This document shows, one piece after another, positions 13,785 through 27,111 of a DNA stretch of 64,000 nt. The stretch is from positions 124,001 to 188,000 of the forward strand of contig NIVC01002193.1 of the NCBI GenBank assembly GCA_002269645.1, read 5' to 3'. A model generated the notes under the pieces. It was given only the letters and a program-made list of their open reading frames with translations. It was not told where the DNA came from and did no database searches. The stretch's first letter is position 1, and each line of letters begins with the position of its first letter. Both the position numbers and the translations under genes were made by a program. This DNA is from Macrostomum lignano (Eukaryota).

Positions 13785-14975
13785 GAATCTCACCTTTCAG
13801 ACTAGAATCCCTGAAATCTCACCTTTCAGACTAGAATCCCTGGAATCTCACCTTTCAGACTAGAATCCCTGGAATCTCACCTTTCAGACTAGAATCCCTG
13901 GAATCTCACCTTTCAGACTAGAATCCCTGGAATCTCACCTTTCAGACTAGAATCCCTGAAATCTCACCTTTCAGACTAGAATCCCTGAAATCTCACCTTT
14001 CAGACTAGAATCCCTGAAATCTCATCTTTCAGACTAGAATCCCTGGAATCTCACCTTTCAGACTAGAATCCCTGAAATCTCACCTTTCAGACTAGAATCC
14101 CTGGAATCTCACCTTTCAGACTAGAATCCCTGGAATCTCACCTTTCAGACTAGAATCCCTGGAATCTCACCTTTCAGACTAGAATCCCTGGAATCTCACC
14201 TTTCAGACTAGAATCCCTGAAATCTCACCTTTCAGACTAGAATCCCTGAAATCTCACCTTTCAGACTAGAATCCCTGAAATCTCATCTTTCAGACTAGAA
14301 TCCCTGGAATCTCACCTTTCAGACTAGAATCCCTGAAATCTCATCTTTCAGACTAGAATCCCTGGAATCTCACCTTTCAGACTAGAATCCCTGGAATCTC
14401 ACCTTTCAGACTAGAATCCCTGAAATCTCACCTTTCAGACTAGAATCCCTGAAATCTCACCTTTCAGACTAGAATCCCTGGAATCTCACCTTTCAGACTA
14501 GAATCCCTGAAATCTCACACTCAAGGCTGCAATATCCCTGAAATCTCACGCTTAACAAGGCTGCAATATGCCTGGAATCTCACGCTTAACAAGGCTGCAA
14601 TATCCCTGAAATCTCACGCTTAACAAGGCTGCAATATGCCTGGAATCTCACGCTTAACAAGGCTGCAATATCCCTGGAATCTCACGCTTAACAAGGCTGC
14701 AATATCCCTGGAATCTCACGCTTAACAAGGCTGCAATATCCCTGGAATCTCACGCTTAACAAGGCTGCAATATCCCTGAAATCTCACGCTTAACAAGGCT
14801 GCAATATGCCTGGAATCTCACGCTTAACAAGGCTGCAATATCCCTGGAATCTCACGCTTAACAAGGCTGCAATATCCCTGGAATCCACCCTTAAGGCTGC
14901 AATATCCCAGGAATCTCACCCTTAACAAGGCTGCAATATCCCAGTAATCTCACCCTTAACAAGGCTGCAATACCT
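13785..14975. repeat. Compound minisatellite: 29-bp unit followed by a related 34-bp unit
   Basis: GGAATCTCACCTTTCAGACTAGAATCCCT repeats to ~14515, then GAATCTCACGCTTAACAAGGCTGCAATATCCCTG repeats. Confidence 0.95.
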
Positions 14976-15482
14976 TGACACTTGGCATCAAACTTGGCTA
15001 GCTTGTGAAACTTGCTCATGAAAGTTTACAGTGCAACTGCTGTTAGCTTGTTCGGCAAGCAATGCAAACAGAATGCTACAATAACTTTAATAATACTTAT
15101 AGTAGCGTAATACAAGTTATGCATAAATGCAGACACATTCAAGACACAAACAGTAAATTTAATAACGATATTCAACTAATAAACATATGTGCTAAGAGAA
15201 AACCGCTTTCAAAATAAACGAACAGGAAAAAAATCGCAAAAAATCCAATAAATTAACCAGTTTTCACTAATCTATTAAGATATGGGGCATTTTTAATAAC
15301 AGGAAGATTTTGCTCCGTTGTCAGGGGGAATTGCAGCCTCACGAATAGCTTTAGAAAATTCTACAACATCCGTGGCGCAATAAAGAAAGAACGAATTCCA
15401 TTCCAAATACATGCATATGACAGATTACCAAACTAACTAGAGATTCGCTAGAGACAAAGTCAGCGAATACACACAAATTCAA

Positions 15483-17114
15483 TTACTGGTGATTAAGTTG
15501 GCCAGCAACAGGTGCAGACACGGGCCCGTCGCCTTTAATAGCTCCAACTGTAACCGGGCCGGTAGCAGCGGCGGCCGCCGAGTTGGAAGCGGCCTGATAC
15601 TGCAGATGATAAGCCAGCGGGTGCACTTTAAATCCGTATAGCCTGGGCACGAACTGATTGGCCGGCCGTTTGGGCCGGTATTCCGGGTGAACTAAAAATA
15701 GCATATGGGGAAACCCCGTGCCAAAGTAGGCCCCGTCGATGTGTCGATAGCGCGACGCGGTAGGCATGTACACGTCGCGGCATTTAGGGCAGTATAGCTT
15801 CACTGTGGCCTCGCCAGGCAGGTCAGAGAGGCCTGCGAGTCAGCGGTAAGTGGGACGGTTACTAAGGCTTTTCGGAGGTTCAATCGATCGGACTTCTTGA
15901 ATCCTCGGTTGTGATGTTGCTACCCTCCTGCCTTTACCTCTCATCCCCCACTCTCTTATTACTCCCTACTTCTCGTCCCCCACTCTCTTATCACTCCCTA
16001 TCTCTCATCCCCCACTCTCTTATCACTCCCTATCTCTCATCCCCCACTCTCTTATCACTCCCTATCTCTCATCCCCCACTCTCTTATCACTCCCTATCTC
16101 TCATCCCCCCACTCTCTGATCTGTATCCTACCACTCATCCCCTACTCTCTGATCTGTCCCCTACCACTCATCCCCTACTCTCTGATCTGTCCCTACCACT
16201 CATCCCCTACTCTCTGATCTGTCCCTACCACTCATCCCCTACTCTCTGATCTGTCCCTACCTCTCATCCCACACTCTCTGATCTTTCCTAGGACTGGGAC
16301 TGGGAAATGGGCTGTGCGCACCCTAGCGCACTGCAAGCGACATTGTCGCACAACCGGCGAGAGGCATTGCTGCCCATTCCGCCGACTCCCCTGAGCAGGC
16401 ATACAAGCGCGCGGATACGTACGCAGTCATACGCACAGGCACACACTCACACAGGAGTGTACAGCGGCCCTAACTTTATTTATCGTTAGGCAGGTACACT
16501 TCACTGTGCCTTGGGGGTTGGCCTTCAAGGCCGTTAATTGCACGAGAAATGCCAAGCCGAGATTCCAGTTTAAGCCCCAAATTAATGTGACTGCACTTGG
16601 AATCGAGCCTGGGCCGCTGGCACATCAGAGCGCCACGCCAGACCATTGGGCTACGGCCCCTCCCCCAACCTGCCAGCCTCCATCCCAACCAGCTGGTGCT
16701 GCTACCCCTATCCACTCTACAGACTCCCTCAGCGCTCACCTATAGGCATAACTGGTTGTCCCTCGCAGAACACACGCGGACAAGTGGAAAAGTCGCCTCG
16801 CAGCCATTTCTCAATCATTTGGGCAATGCCTCGGTTAGTGAGAATATATCGCGAATGAATTAGACCGTAGAGCAGCTCGGCCGACTGTTCGAGCGCGTCC
16901 GAACCGCCCGGCCGGTCATCCATCATCAGTTCGTCGTCCGCCCGGCGTCCGTGATGTGTGCCAGGGCATCCCGGTAATTTGGCACCTGTTCTGCCAGGCC
17001 GGTGAGGTTGAACCGGTCGTTAATGAACTCTTCGTCAACTTCGCAGAAGTATTCGTTGCCGCGGAGGCCGCAGTACCAGGCTACCCAGGTGGATTCGTCG
17101 CTTGAGGTGCCCAT
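15483..17114 (-). CDS. CSNK2B: Casein kinase II regulatory subunit beta (frameshifted as assembled)
   Basis: Exons 17114-16740 and 15832-15483 with a GT-AG phase-1 intron. Motifs [46 protein letters not shown]...KLYCPKC zinc ribbon, [20 protein letters not shown]. One base is missing near 16940. Confidence 0.95.
15925..16285. repeat. Two adjacent 32-bp pyrimidine-rich minisatellites in the CK2 beta intron
   Basis: ctctcttatcactccctatctctcatccccca units followed by ctctctgatctgtccctaccactcatccccta units. Confidence 0.85.
16309..16660 (-). mobile_element. tRNA-derived SINE, full-length copy 2 (CK2 beta intron)
   Basis: Same A/B-box head and body as 1285-1609. Confidence 0.8.
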
Positions 17115-17164
17115 GGCTGATGCTCAGTTTCAGTGCAGCTCTGGATTGCGGAATACAATGTCTT

Positions 17165-18770
17165 GGACTGAGATGTGGGATGGTTCTGGACTGGGATATG
17201 GGATGTTTCTAGACTGGGATGTGGGATGGTTTTGGACTGAGATGTGGGATGGTTTTGGACTGGGATATGGGATGGTTCTGGACTGGGATATGGGATGTTT
17301 CTAGACTGGGATGTGGGATGGTTTTGGACTGAGATGTGGGATGGTTTTGGACTGGGATATGGGATGGTTCTGGACTGGAATGTGGGATGGTTCTGGACTG
17401 GGATGTGGGATGGTCTTGGACTGGGATGTGGGATGGTTTTGGACTGGGGTGTGGGATGGTTTTGGACTGAGATGTGGGATGGTTTTGGACTGGGATGTGG
17501 GATGGTTTTGGACTGGGATGTGGGATGGTCTTGGACTGGGATGTGGGATGGATGGTCTTGGACTGGGATGTGGGATGGTTCTGGACTGAGATGTGGGATG
17601 GTTTTGGACTGGGATGTGGGATGGTTTTGGACTAGGGTGTGGGATAGTCTTGGACTGGGATGTGGGATGGTTTTGGACTGGGATATGGGATGGTTCTGGA
17701 CTGGAATGTGGGATGGTTCTGGACTGGGATGTGGGATGGTTTTGGACTGGGATGTGGGATGGTTTTGGACTGGGATGTGGGATGGTCTTGGACTGGGATG
17801 TGGGATGGTCTTGGACTGGGATGTGGGATGTTTCTGGACTGGGATGTGGGATGGTTTTGGACTGAGATGTGGGATGGTCTTGGACTGGGATGTGGGATGG
17901 TTTTGGACTGGGATGTGGGATGGTTTTGGACTGGGATGTGGGATGTTTCTGGACTGAAATGTGGGATGGTTCTGGACTGGGATGTGGGATGGTCTTGGAC
18001 TGGGATGTGGGATGGTTTTGGACTGGGATGTGGGATGGTCTTGGACTGGGATGTGGGATGGTTCTGGACTGGGATGTGGGATGGTTCTGGACTGGGATGT
18101 GGGATGTTTCTGGACTGGGATGTGGGATGGTCTTGGACTGGGATGTGGGATGGTTCTGGACTGGGATGTGGGATGGTCTTGGACTGGGATGTGGGATGGT
18201 TTTGGAATGGGGTGTGAGATGGTTCTGGACTGGGATGTGGGATGGTTTTGGACCGGGGTGTGGGATGGTTCTGGACCGATGTGTGGGATGGTTCTGGACC
18301 GGGGTGTGGGATGGTTCTGGACCGGGGTGTGGGATGGTTCTGGACTGGGGTGTGGGATGGTTCTGGACTGGGGTGTGGGATGGTTCTGGACTGGGATGTG
18401 GGATGATTTTGGACCGGGGTGTGGGATGGTTCTGGACCGATGTGTGGGATGGTTCTGGACCGGGGTGTGGGATGGTTCTGGACCGGGGTGTGGGATGGTT
18501 CTGGACTGGGGTGTGGGATGGTTCTGGACTGGGGTGTGGGATGGTTCTGGACTGGGATGTGGGATGATTTAGACTGGGATATGAGAGGATTAGACTGGGA
18601 TTTTGGAGGATTAGACTGGGAATTGGGATGATTTAGACTGGGATATGGGAAGATTAGACTGGGATATGGGATGATTTAGACTGTAATAAGGGATGATTTA
18701 GACTGGGATTTGGGAGGATTAGACTGGGATAAGGGATGACTCTGGACTGGGATATGGGCAGTTCTGGACC
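17165..18770. repeat. 23-bp minisatellite GGGATGTGGGATGGTTTTGGACT
   Basis: About 65 tandem copies starting ~50 bp upstream of the CK2 beta ATG. Confidence 0.95.
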
Positions 18771-20060
18771 AGAAGATATAGATAGGACAGGGTATATTGT
18801 AGACGATGTTTTAAAATAGTTTCATTCGACTGATGAAGAATTGAAACCTGTCATAAGACACAAATATTCAAAACGATAAATAAATAAAGACACCAACCAA
18901 GTAAATATCCAATTAAACAGCAAAGATGGGATCATTTCCGTTTTTATTTACTCCAGACAATCTCAAACAACAAAGGCGCCAAGAAGGCAACAATCTGCGA
19001 AGCTACTGAATCGGATCGGGACACTTGGGACAACACTAAACACTTCAGCTTAAGCAGGAAGTCAATTCGGGAAAATAGTCACTGGATTGCTAATCTTAGC
19101 CGCAGATACTCGAATAACTAGATGGGCCACTCAGGCATATATACTAGGTAAAACAGCTTTCTACTTTCAGTTCAGTAGCAAAGAAGAATACATAAGCTAT
19201 TTTATAAAAATAAAAGCAGCTGACATTGATAAGTTTAGAAGCCCAAGCTTGCAGACGAAAACAGCTTGCTAATTGGTTCAGCAATAATGTACATTAGCCA
19301 CTGAAATGTACAAGGCAGATTTAGGCTGGAACAATCAAAGAAGGTAAAAGAATGACAGGGGTAGAAGTTCTGTGTGGAGTTTGAGGGTTTGAAGCTTGGG
19401 GGGTAAGAGCCAATAAATGAACCTTGTCTTTAAAAATACATTAAAATGCTTCAGTTTAACTTGCTACTGAACTGAAAGTAGCTTGCACGCAAATGTACCG
19501 AGTGGCCCATCTAAGTGCCTGTGATCTTAGCCAAACTCTGCCTGTCTGTTAAACCCCCGAATACAGTAATAACAACTTATTGTAAACAACACGCACACTA
19601 GGGCTGCTCATAACATAGTGATAAATTACACGAAATAGCTATAACATAAATGTAACTGATTAGTACACGGAGACCAGAACAAAGAAAACGAACAAGTTAT
19701 CGGCTTATCGGCACACATTAAAACACAGAGTTACCTTAACAGGCATTGTGTTAATGTTGATGCCCACTAGAGCCAAATTAAACTGTCTTTTTTTATCAAA
19801 TAAGACGAAACTGAAAAGCAAGGTTAATAGCAGAATTCATATGCATATATATGGAGAAAAAATCCACATTCTCAAAGAAAAAAACACAAAGAACAACAGA
19901 CACCGTCGGATAAAGGCTGCGGATACGGCGACAGCCAATAAATAACAAATAAATAGAATATTAATAAACACAAAATACATAGTGCAGTACAAGGTCAAGT
20001 AATTAGATGGGGGAATAATTATAAGTGACCGACACCAGAGCAAAATAAACTAAGCAATAG

Positions 20061-20354
20061 CATACATGCGCAACAGTCGGCCGAGTCGGCCGATCCGGCC
20101 GACTGATTTGGCAGCCAACCAAGGAAGTCGCAAAAATGCCCACCCAAAAAATACCCACGCAGTAGTACTAAGTAGCTGACGAGGCATTTTTGCCTGATAA
20201 GACAGTCATAGTTACTCCCGCCGTTTACCCAAAGTTGCGTTAATTTTGCTTTAGGGTTTTTTAGGTAAGTCGCATTTTTGGCCAAAAACTACGTCGCATT
20301 TTTGTTAAAACTAAGTCGCACGGCCGACCGAATTTTGGACGTTGCGCATGTATG
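20061..20354. mobile_element. hAT-type MITE
   Basis: Perfect 14-bp TIRs CATACATGCGCAAC (20061-20074) / GTTGCGCATGTATG (20341-20354). Perfect 8-bp target duplication AGCAATAG at 20053-20060 and 20355-20362. Confidence 0.9.
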
Positions 20355-20771
20355 AGCAATAGCGAGCAAAACCAAAAAGAGAGATGCAGATTGAGACAAA
20401 ACAGTCAAAAACAAACGGAAAAATTAACTAAAGAAAGAATTAACGATGAGTTTCAAAAATTTCCAAATCAATAATGTTCTTAATAAATTCCAATTAGCGT
20501 AAGAGAATGAAAAGCAGCAGATGACAATAAAATAACCCCGATCGGTATTTATATTTGCGAAACGAGCAAAGTTTCTAAGACTTGGAGAATTTGTATTAAG
20601 AAGATTTATAATCGCTAGGCATACAGTAGCGAATTACTAATGAGTGAAATAATTTTTCTATTAGTTTGAATTCGATTATCACCTAAGACTCTACTTCAAT
20701 CCTAAAGCATTCCAATATCAGTTCAGAGCCTTCCTCAATCAACAAACAGATCGGCGCCACTGCGGCCTTGC

Positions 20772-23700
20772 TCAAGCCCGCTTCTTCCTCTGCTCGTGCA
20801 GGTCCCGGTCAACCTCCGTGAGCTCGTTGGTGGCGGCGCCGCCGCCGTCCTGCTGCTGTTCGCCGTCGGCCTTGGACTTGCCGCCACCCACTGCAAAGGA
20901 TTAAGGAAGTTTCTCCAGACACTTATAGACTAATTAATTCGTTTGGAGTCATTTACTGTTAATGTATTGATTTTTATTCACTACTCTACTCATAGTAGAA
21001 CTAAAAGAAAAAACGCTAAAAAGCAATGATTAGATTTTTTAAATTAGCCACGAAACAATAGAGATTTCAATACACAGGGTCTATGCAGCCAATCAAACTT
21101 ACATTTCTTCTGCTGCTTCCTGGGACTGCGGCTCGCTCTCTGGCTAATGTACTCGCGAATGCGTTTGATATGGAAGGTAATGAAATTCCACATTAGGTAG
21201 CCCTGCAGCAGGCAGAGCAGCATCAGGCAGTTGACCCGAACCAGGCGCGTATTGAAATTGCCCTCGCGCCAGGCCACGGAGTCAACGGCGCTGCGCTCCA
21301 ATCCCAGCATGAAGGTGATGAAGGCCAGGGCCACGGACAGGACGCGGACAAGGACAAACAGCACGTCCCACACTAGGAAGCCGGCCTTGGCAACATCGGT
21401 TTTGCCGAAAAAATAGAACAGACGCGAGGCGTGATAGATTGACTCAACAAAATAGTGCACAACTAGCAGCACAATGGCCAGCCGATTAAAATGGAGCAGG
21501 TAGGCACCCAGTATGCACACCAGGTAGATGGAGTAATAGGTCACTCGGCTGGGCATCTCGTCTTTCTTGATGCGCTAAAGATTTAGGTTTTTAGGTTGAG
21601 ATTTTGATCAGAGACAGGCACGAGTTGCTGTGTACTTTAATACATCTCCGAGCTTGTACAGTTATTAATCAAATTGAATAGCACACAAACCTGGAAGTAG
21701 AGCTCCGGGAAGCAGTGCAGCCAATAGCAGATCTGGCAGATAAAATAGAACTTGAACCAGAAAGACATATACATGTGCGGATATCCCTCCCACAGAGATG
21801 GCACAGACACGAACAGGCGCTCTCTATAGATGATATTAGCACCCCAGACGGCGCTAATGATGTAGAACAGGGCCAGGTGGCCGCTCTCGTTCACCTTGCT
21901 GTGCTTAGTCTTGGACAAGTGCAGCTTCCTGTTCACCTTGTCCAGAATGTATTCTTGAATGACAGCGTGGATGACAATGGCAATCAGGGTGTAGAATATG
22001 ACAGCCAATAGGTCACGCCGTCCAGTAGTGTACATAGGGGTGTCCTTGTCCACTTCAGTAGTGGCTGGTTGAATATTTGCAAGCAATGTATATTAATAAG
22101 CTTAGATGCCAAGTGATTTATAGAAATTGAAAATGAATAAAATGATTCAACCTTACCATTGACAGTAGCATTGTGCTGGATAATGATGAACAGCTTAGCA
22201 ATTGGAGCTGTGAACTAAAATTTTGCAGAGGGAATAAGATATACTGTATATTTTATGTCATTTTTTTATTCTATTAAAAATTGGATCAAAAAGTTGGAGA
22301 AAAAATTAAAACTCTTAAGATAAAATATAATAATAGATATTTAATGAAAGGCAAGGTTTCTCAAATAATTCTAAACAAACTCTATTACTTCTCTTATATT
22401 TGAAAGTTCTATTATATCTTTGGAGCTAAAGTTGACTAACTTGTCTATCCTTTGTAGCAATGAGAAGATAAGATTTATCCCTATTATAATTAAAGGTCAA
22501 AATATGCTAGATAGTACAAATACACTGGAATAAAGATAAAATAAACTAGAATAAAATCAACTATTGCAAATAAAATTGTGTTGCAGACACTTGAGTCTTT
22601 GTATATTTACATGCTAATAATTTCTTTAAGTGCACTAAATTGCTATTTATAAAAATACCTTTGGTTATAACAAGGAGATTTAACCTTTTAATAAACATAC
22701 TATCAAAAAATCTATCTTTAACATTCAGACAAACAAAAAGATATTTAGGGTCACTATAAAAATGATAAGGAGTTAAATATTAGTCAGATTTATTTAATCT
22801 TTTAAATATTATATTTTAAAGATTATAAATATTAAATATAATATAGCCATATAGGCTATAATGAATTAAGATAAATCTAGAAAAAGATTGTAAACAATCT
22901 AAATTATAATTTTATAATCATACTGCATATATAGATATAGGGGCCTAAAAAAACTTGCAATTTTTTATGGCAGTGCTTATCCCCACGGTACCGTAGGAAT
23001 AATTTCTGTCTTATTCCAACGGTACCGTGCGAATAATTTTCTGCTTATCCGCACGGCACACTGACGAGATAGCTGCCCTATCTTCTACATATGCCGTGTG
23101 GGAAGTTTAGTACATACGATTTGAGTGCAGTATAACAACTTTGTTGAATTATTGTTGAATAAGTATACAGAAGGGTATCAGTAAAGCAGAATAACACGCA
23201 TTTACACATGCATATACTCCTAGTCTAGAACTGATTCGAGTTTATACATCAAGATCAACAGCTTCTTAGTATCCTCAGTTCAAATTCCCTTTCAATAAGC
23301 TATATTCTATTCACGCACAGCATATATATGTAGCAGATAGGGCAGCTAGTAAAGCAGAGGGAATAAAACAGTGGACGTGTAGGGCAGCTATCTCGTCAGT
23401 ATGCCGTGTGGATAAGCAGAAAATTATTCGCACGGCATATGTAGAAGATAGGGCAGCTATCTCTTCAGTGTGCCGTGCGGATAAGCAGAAAATTATTCGC
23501 ATGGTACCGTTGGAATAAGACAGAAATTTTTTCTGATCATTTTTTATAGGCCCCTATTATAAAAACTAAGGATATCAAACATAGTCATAGAATAGTTTTA
23601 TGGCTATAGCTAAGTCTAAGCCTATTCATTTAAACTGAATAGGCCAAAGTTTAACTGAGCTTAAATTTGTGGCCAAATTTCTTTTATTATTATCTAAATA

Positions 23701-24141
23701 TAATATAAACGCAACAAGCTAAATTGATGTCTGGTAAATTATGTTTTATAGAGCAAAAGGCTATATAGATATTTTTGCAAACCCCCAAAAGCCCCAAGTT
23801 TTATTTAAGATAATTACCTATGTATTTTTGGAATTGACGATTTTAGAAATCCTGAGTTGTGAGTTTATTTTCTTGTCTTACAAATACCAAGTAATAACAA
23901 TACAAAATACCAATAAATATTTAAGTGCCATATTCAGGAAATATACCAGCCATCAAGCCCAGACAACACAAAATATACGAAAAATATCACCTTTTAGGTT
24001 TTACATTACCTGAAACATCAGTCCCAGAACAATAATCATAGCAATAAAGCTAACGATATCGCCATGATTGGTAATGATGTATTCATTAGAAAAGTATGAA
24101 ACATTCTTGTTCTTTTTCTTTCCAGGCTTCATGTAAGTCAT
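20772..24141 (-). CDS. TRAM1: Translocating chain-associated membrane protein (TRAM family, TLC domain)
   Basis: Exons 24141-24010, 22214-22157, 22064-21691, 21574-21103 and 20890-20772, all GT-AG and phase-compatible (384 aa). Motifs NEYIITNHGDIVSFIAM, QEYILDKVNRKLHLSKTKHSKVNESG, YWLHCFPELYFQ, EGNFNT. Confidence 0.93.
22940..23554. mobile_element. Foldback MITE in TRAM intron 1
   Basis: Termini GGGGCCTA...TAGGCCCC flanked by TA on both sides. About 100-bp near-perfect inverted arms at 23001-23100 and 23429-23528, plus a partial extra arm copy at ~23330-23430. Confidence 0.8.
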
Positions 24142-25254
24142 GATTAGGTATTTTCGTGTTAATGAGGCGCAAAAATTTGTATATTCTACTGTCCGCGACG
24201 CTGATAACCGGCGTTGAAGATCTGCTTAGGAGATTTATTCAATTCGAATAAGAGTTCGCACAAAAATGACTTGACAATTCCAATTTCCTTTAAATTTTAT
24301 CAGCGATAACTCGTTGATAACGACGACTATGCAATTGCAGAATCAAAAGCAAATGCTGCGCCAAAAGGCCAAATTAATTCAAGTGGTTTTGCTAACTTTC
24401 GGATGCCCAGACGGGTCAGCCAGTAGAAGCTCCAGCATGGTTGATTTCTAGCCAATGGGGTAATTACGAAGTCAGAAGTTTAAACCTGAACCTGAGACGA
24501 AGACTACTATTGGAAAACAATCCAAAAAAGAAACTTTAATCAACTAAAAACAGCAGAAAACAGCCTAAATAATAGCATTAGTATACCAATTTTGCTGACG
24601 CTGAGCCACATCTCCGGTCTGCGTCAACCCACGCGTCGCCGCAGCAGAAAGCCGTCATCGTTGGAAAGCAGTCCACATCACCCAGTCAGGCATCAGAACA
24701 AGAACGAAACTAATACCATGTACGTATCTCCCTGGAACGACCCAGAGGATGTCTCGAAGAAGTCCGATAAACTGTCCACCGTCCAAAGCAGCCTTAGTCT
24801 CACCGTACATCGTCATGATGGCAAAAACCAGCTGCTCTTGATACATGCACGCAGAACCATGAAACCTATGAAATAATAATCACGATCGACGTCGGCTGGC
24901 GCGTGTCGAAGAAAAAGCTTCATGAAAATTTTAGATGCATACAGGATCTGTGATCGAGGCTTCATTAGATAGCATTAAACAGTACATACATTCTAGACTC
25001 ATTCATTTACCCTGCAGGACTTCTGAAAATATGTACACTTAGCTCGAGTGGAGCGTCCTGTGTTCATTCTTACGTACGTACATGTAATCCTTTGTGACGT
25101 ACATGTAGCTCGGTGTTTTGCTTATAGTAGTGCTTGCATGTGCATGTATAAGCGATGCAAGTAGTATCCAGACTTTACTTTGTCCTGGTTTGGGAGAAAA
25201 TAATTTAAGGATCCACTTTGTGAGATGGGAGAATGCCTGCGAAGGCCGGTTAAA

Positions 25255-25268
25255 AAAATGGCGCCGCC
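25255..25268 (+). promoter_or_regulatory. YY1-like motif in the divergent TRAM/PPA region
   Basis: AAAATGGCGCCGCC matches the AAnATGGCG core; motif match only. Confidence 0.3.
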
Positions 25269-26036
25269 ACAGGCCTCCAGTCTAGCAGACCACCAGCCCT
25301 AATGACTACACGTATAGGCAATGACTTCCGCTGAGCTGATCTATACACATGTATGTGCATTTATGGAACCCCTTTCGTTGATATATGGTACCTTGCTGGC
25401 CCATTGGTCACTCAGGTTATTGAAAATCCTAAAAGCGATGATATATAGAAGGTCAGAGAAGTGATATTCTCACTAGGATCCTCATAATCCACTCTCTATT
25501 GAATACTAATTGTAACTTTTAGTTTAAAAAGAGCAAATCTGTCTATTTTGCCTTCAAAATAGCTACGCTCGTACATGCGCAATCAAAATCAGAAAATTTA
25601 TGTTGATTTATAATGTTTGTTCAAAGAGGTCTACTTGTTGTTGCGACACTGCGATAGCTAGCCAGCGCATACGAGTACAAACAGCGTGCAAGCACATGTG
25701 CGAGTATACACATTCCTGTAGCTTCTTGCCTCGCTACCATTGGTTGCCATCATATCATTCGATTCGACTAGAGCATTCGGATTCGACATGATTGGAAGTT
25801 AGGGGAATACTAGCTTTAAATAATATCTAGGCATACTAGCCTGTATGCATATATGTTTCCGATCTAGTTGGTAGCGAATCACTTCCTAATCGTCAATCTG
25901 GTACGTTTAGTAATATTAGCGTTATCCGTTATATCAGCGATATCATTCGTGAATACCTGATTAAATTTAAATTTGTCAAGGTTGGGCTTCATTCTAATTT
26001 ATTTTGCAGGAATCGAATTGTTAAACCTTGCTTACA

Positions 26037-27111
26037 ATGTCATCCGGAGGACCGTACGGCGTGATTGAACGGGGCTCGCTCTATTCGACAGATTACGCAA
26101 TGTACTTTACCGGACCGGATGGACCGGTATCGCCATTTCACGACATCCCACTGTACGCGAATCCCGAGCAGACGGAGGTTCACATGGTGGTGGAGATACC
26201 CAGATGGACGAGCGCCAAAATGGAGATCAGCAAATCTGAGCCACTGAACCCCATCAAGCAGGATGTTAAACGCGGCTGTGTACGCTTTGTTGACAGCGTG
26301 TTCCCCTACCGAGGCTACCTGTGGAACTACGGCGCTCTGCCGCAGACCTGGGAGGATCCCGGCCACACGGACATCCGCACAGGCGCCGCTGGTGACAATG
26401 ACCCACTGGACGTCTGCGAGATCGGCAGCCGGTTGAGCACCAGAGGCTCCGTGCTTCGCGTCCGACCGCTGGGCCTGCTGGGCCTCATCGACGAGGGCGA
26501 GACCGACTGGAAGGTGCTGGCAATCGATACGCAGGATCCCATTGCCGACAAGCTGCAGGATGTTGACGATGTGCAACTGTACATGCCTGGCCTGCTGGAG
26601 GCTACATTGAGTTGGTTTCGCAATTACAAGGTAGATAATAGTAGATGCGTGTTAATTTCTCTATGAGGCACTGGTTTTGGTACTTGACTTAGCTGCAAGG
26701 TGCAGGTGGGACACAACGGAAAAGGACGAGTGGGGTTGAAGGCTGGCACGGGTCCCCCAATGCCCTTGCAGCTACAAGCGTATGTTGCATCCTGTACGAT
26801 CATGCCTCTCTCACTCCAACACCGACCAGGTGCCACAAGGAGGGTCACCGAACCGATTCGCCTTTGAAGAAGAATTTCGCGACGCAGCTCTGGCCGTGGA
26901 GGTGATCGCCGAGACTCATCGACAGTGGCGGGCGATGATGAGCCGGGCGGTGGACCCCGGCGGCATCAGCTGCGCCCACACCGGCGATTCCGCTGAGGTT
27001 GGCGCTGATCGGCTGACTCGAAGGGACGCCGAGGCGATCGTGGAGGCTGCGCCGCCGCCGGCACCGCCCTACCCGATGCCGGAGTCCGCTGACCGCTGGC
27101 ACTTCGTTTGA
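26037..27111 (+). CDS. PPA1: Soluble inorganic pyrophosphatase (family I)
   Basis: Exons 26037-26630 and 26830-27111 (phase 0, 291 aa). Motifs SPFHDIPL, VVEIPRWTSAKMEI, WNYGALPQTWEDP, GDNDPLDVCEIG, DEGETDWKV, WFRNYK|VP. PPA1 and PPA2 cannot be firmly separated, but no mitochondrial presequence is evident. Confidence 0.93.

Noticed and set aside
13785-14975. CRISPR-like appearance of 29-42 bp repeats
   Set aside because: The units are head-to-tail with no unique spacers, there are no cas genes, and the context is eukaryotic.
3311-18631. Repetitive ORFs (GCSLV, SQSV, GCLLS/ACYL, WDVG/CGMVLD)
   Set aside because: These are translations of non-coding mini/microsatellites, open in several frames with no splice or start context.
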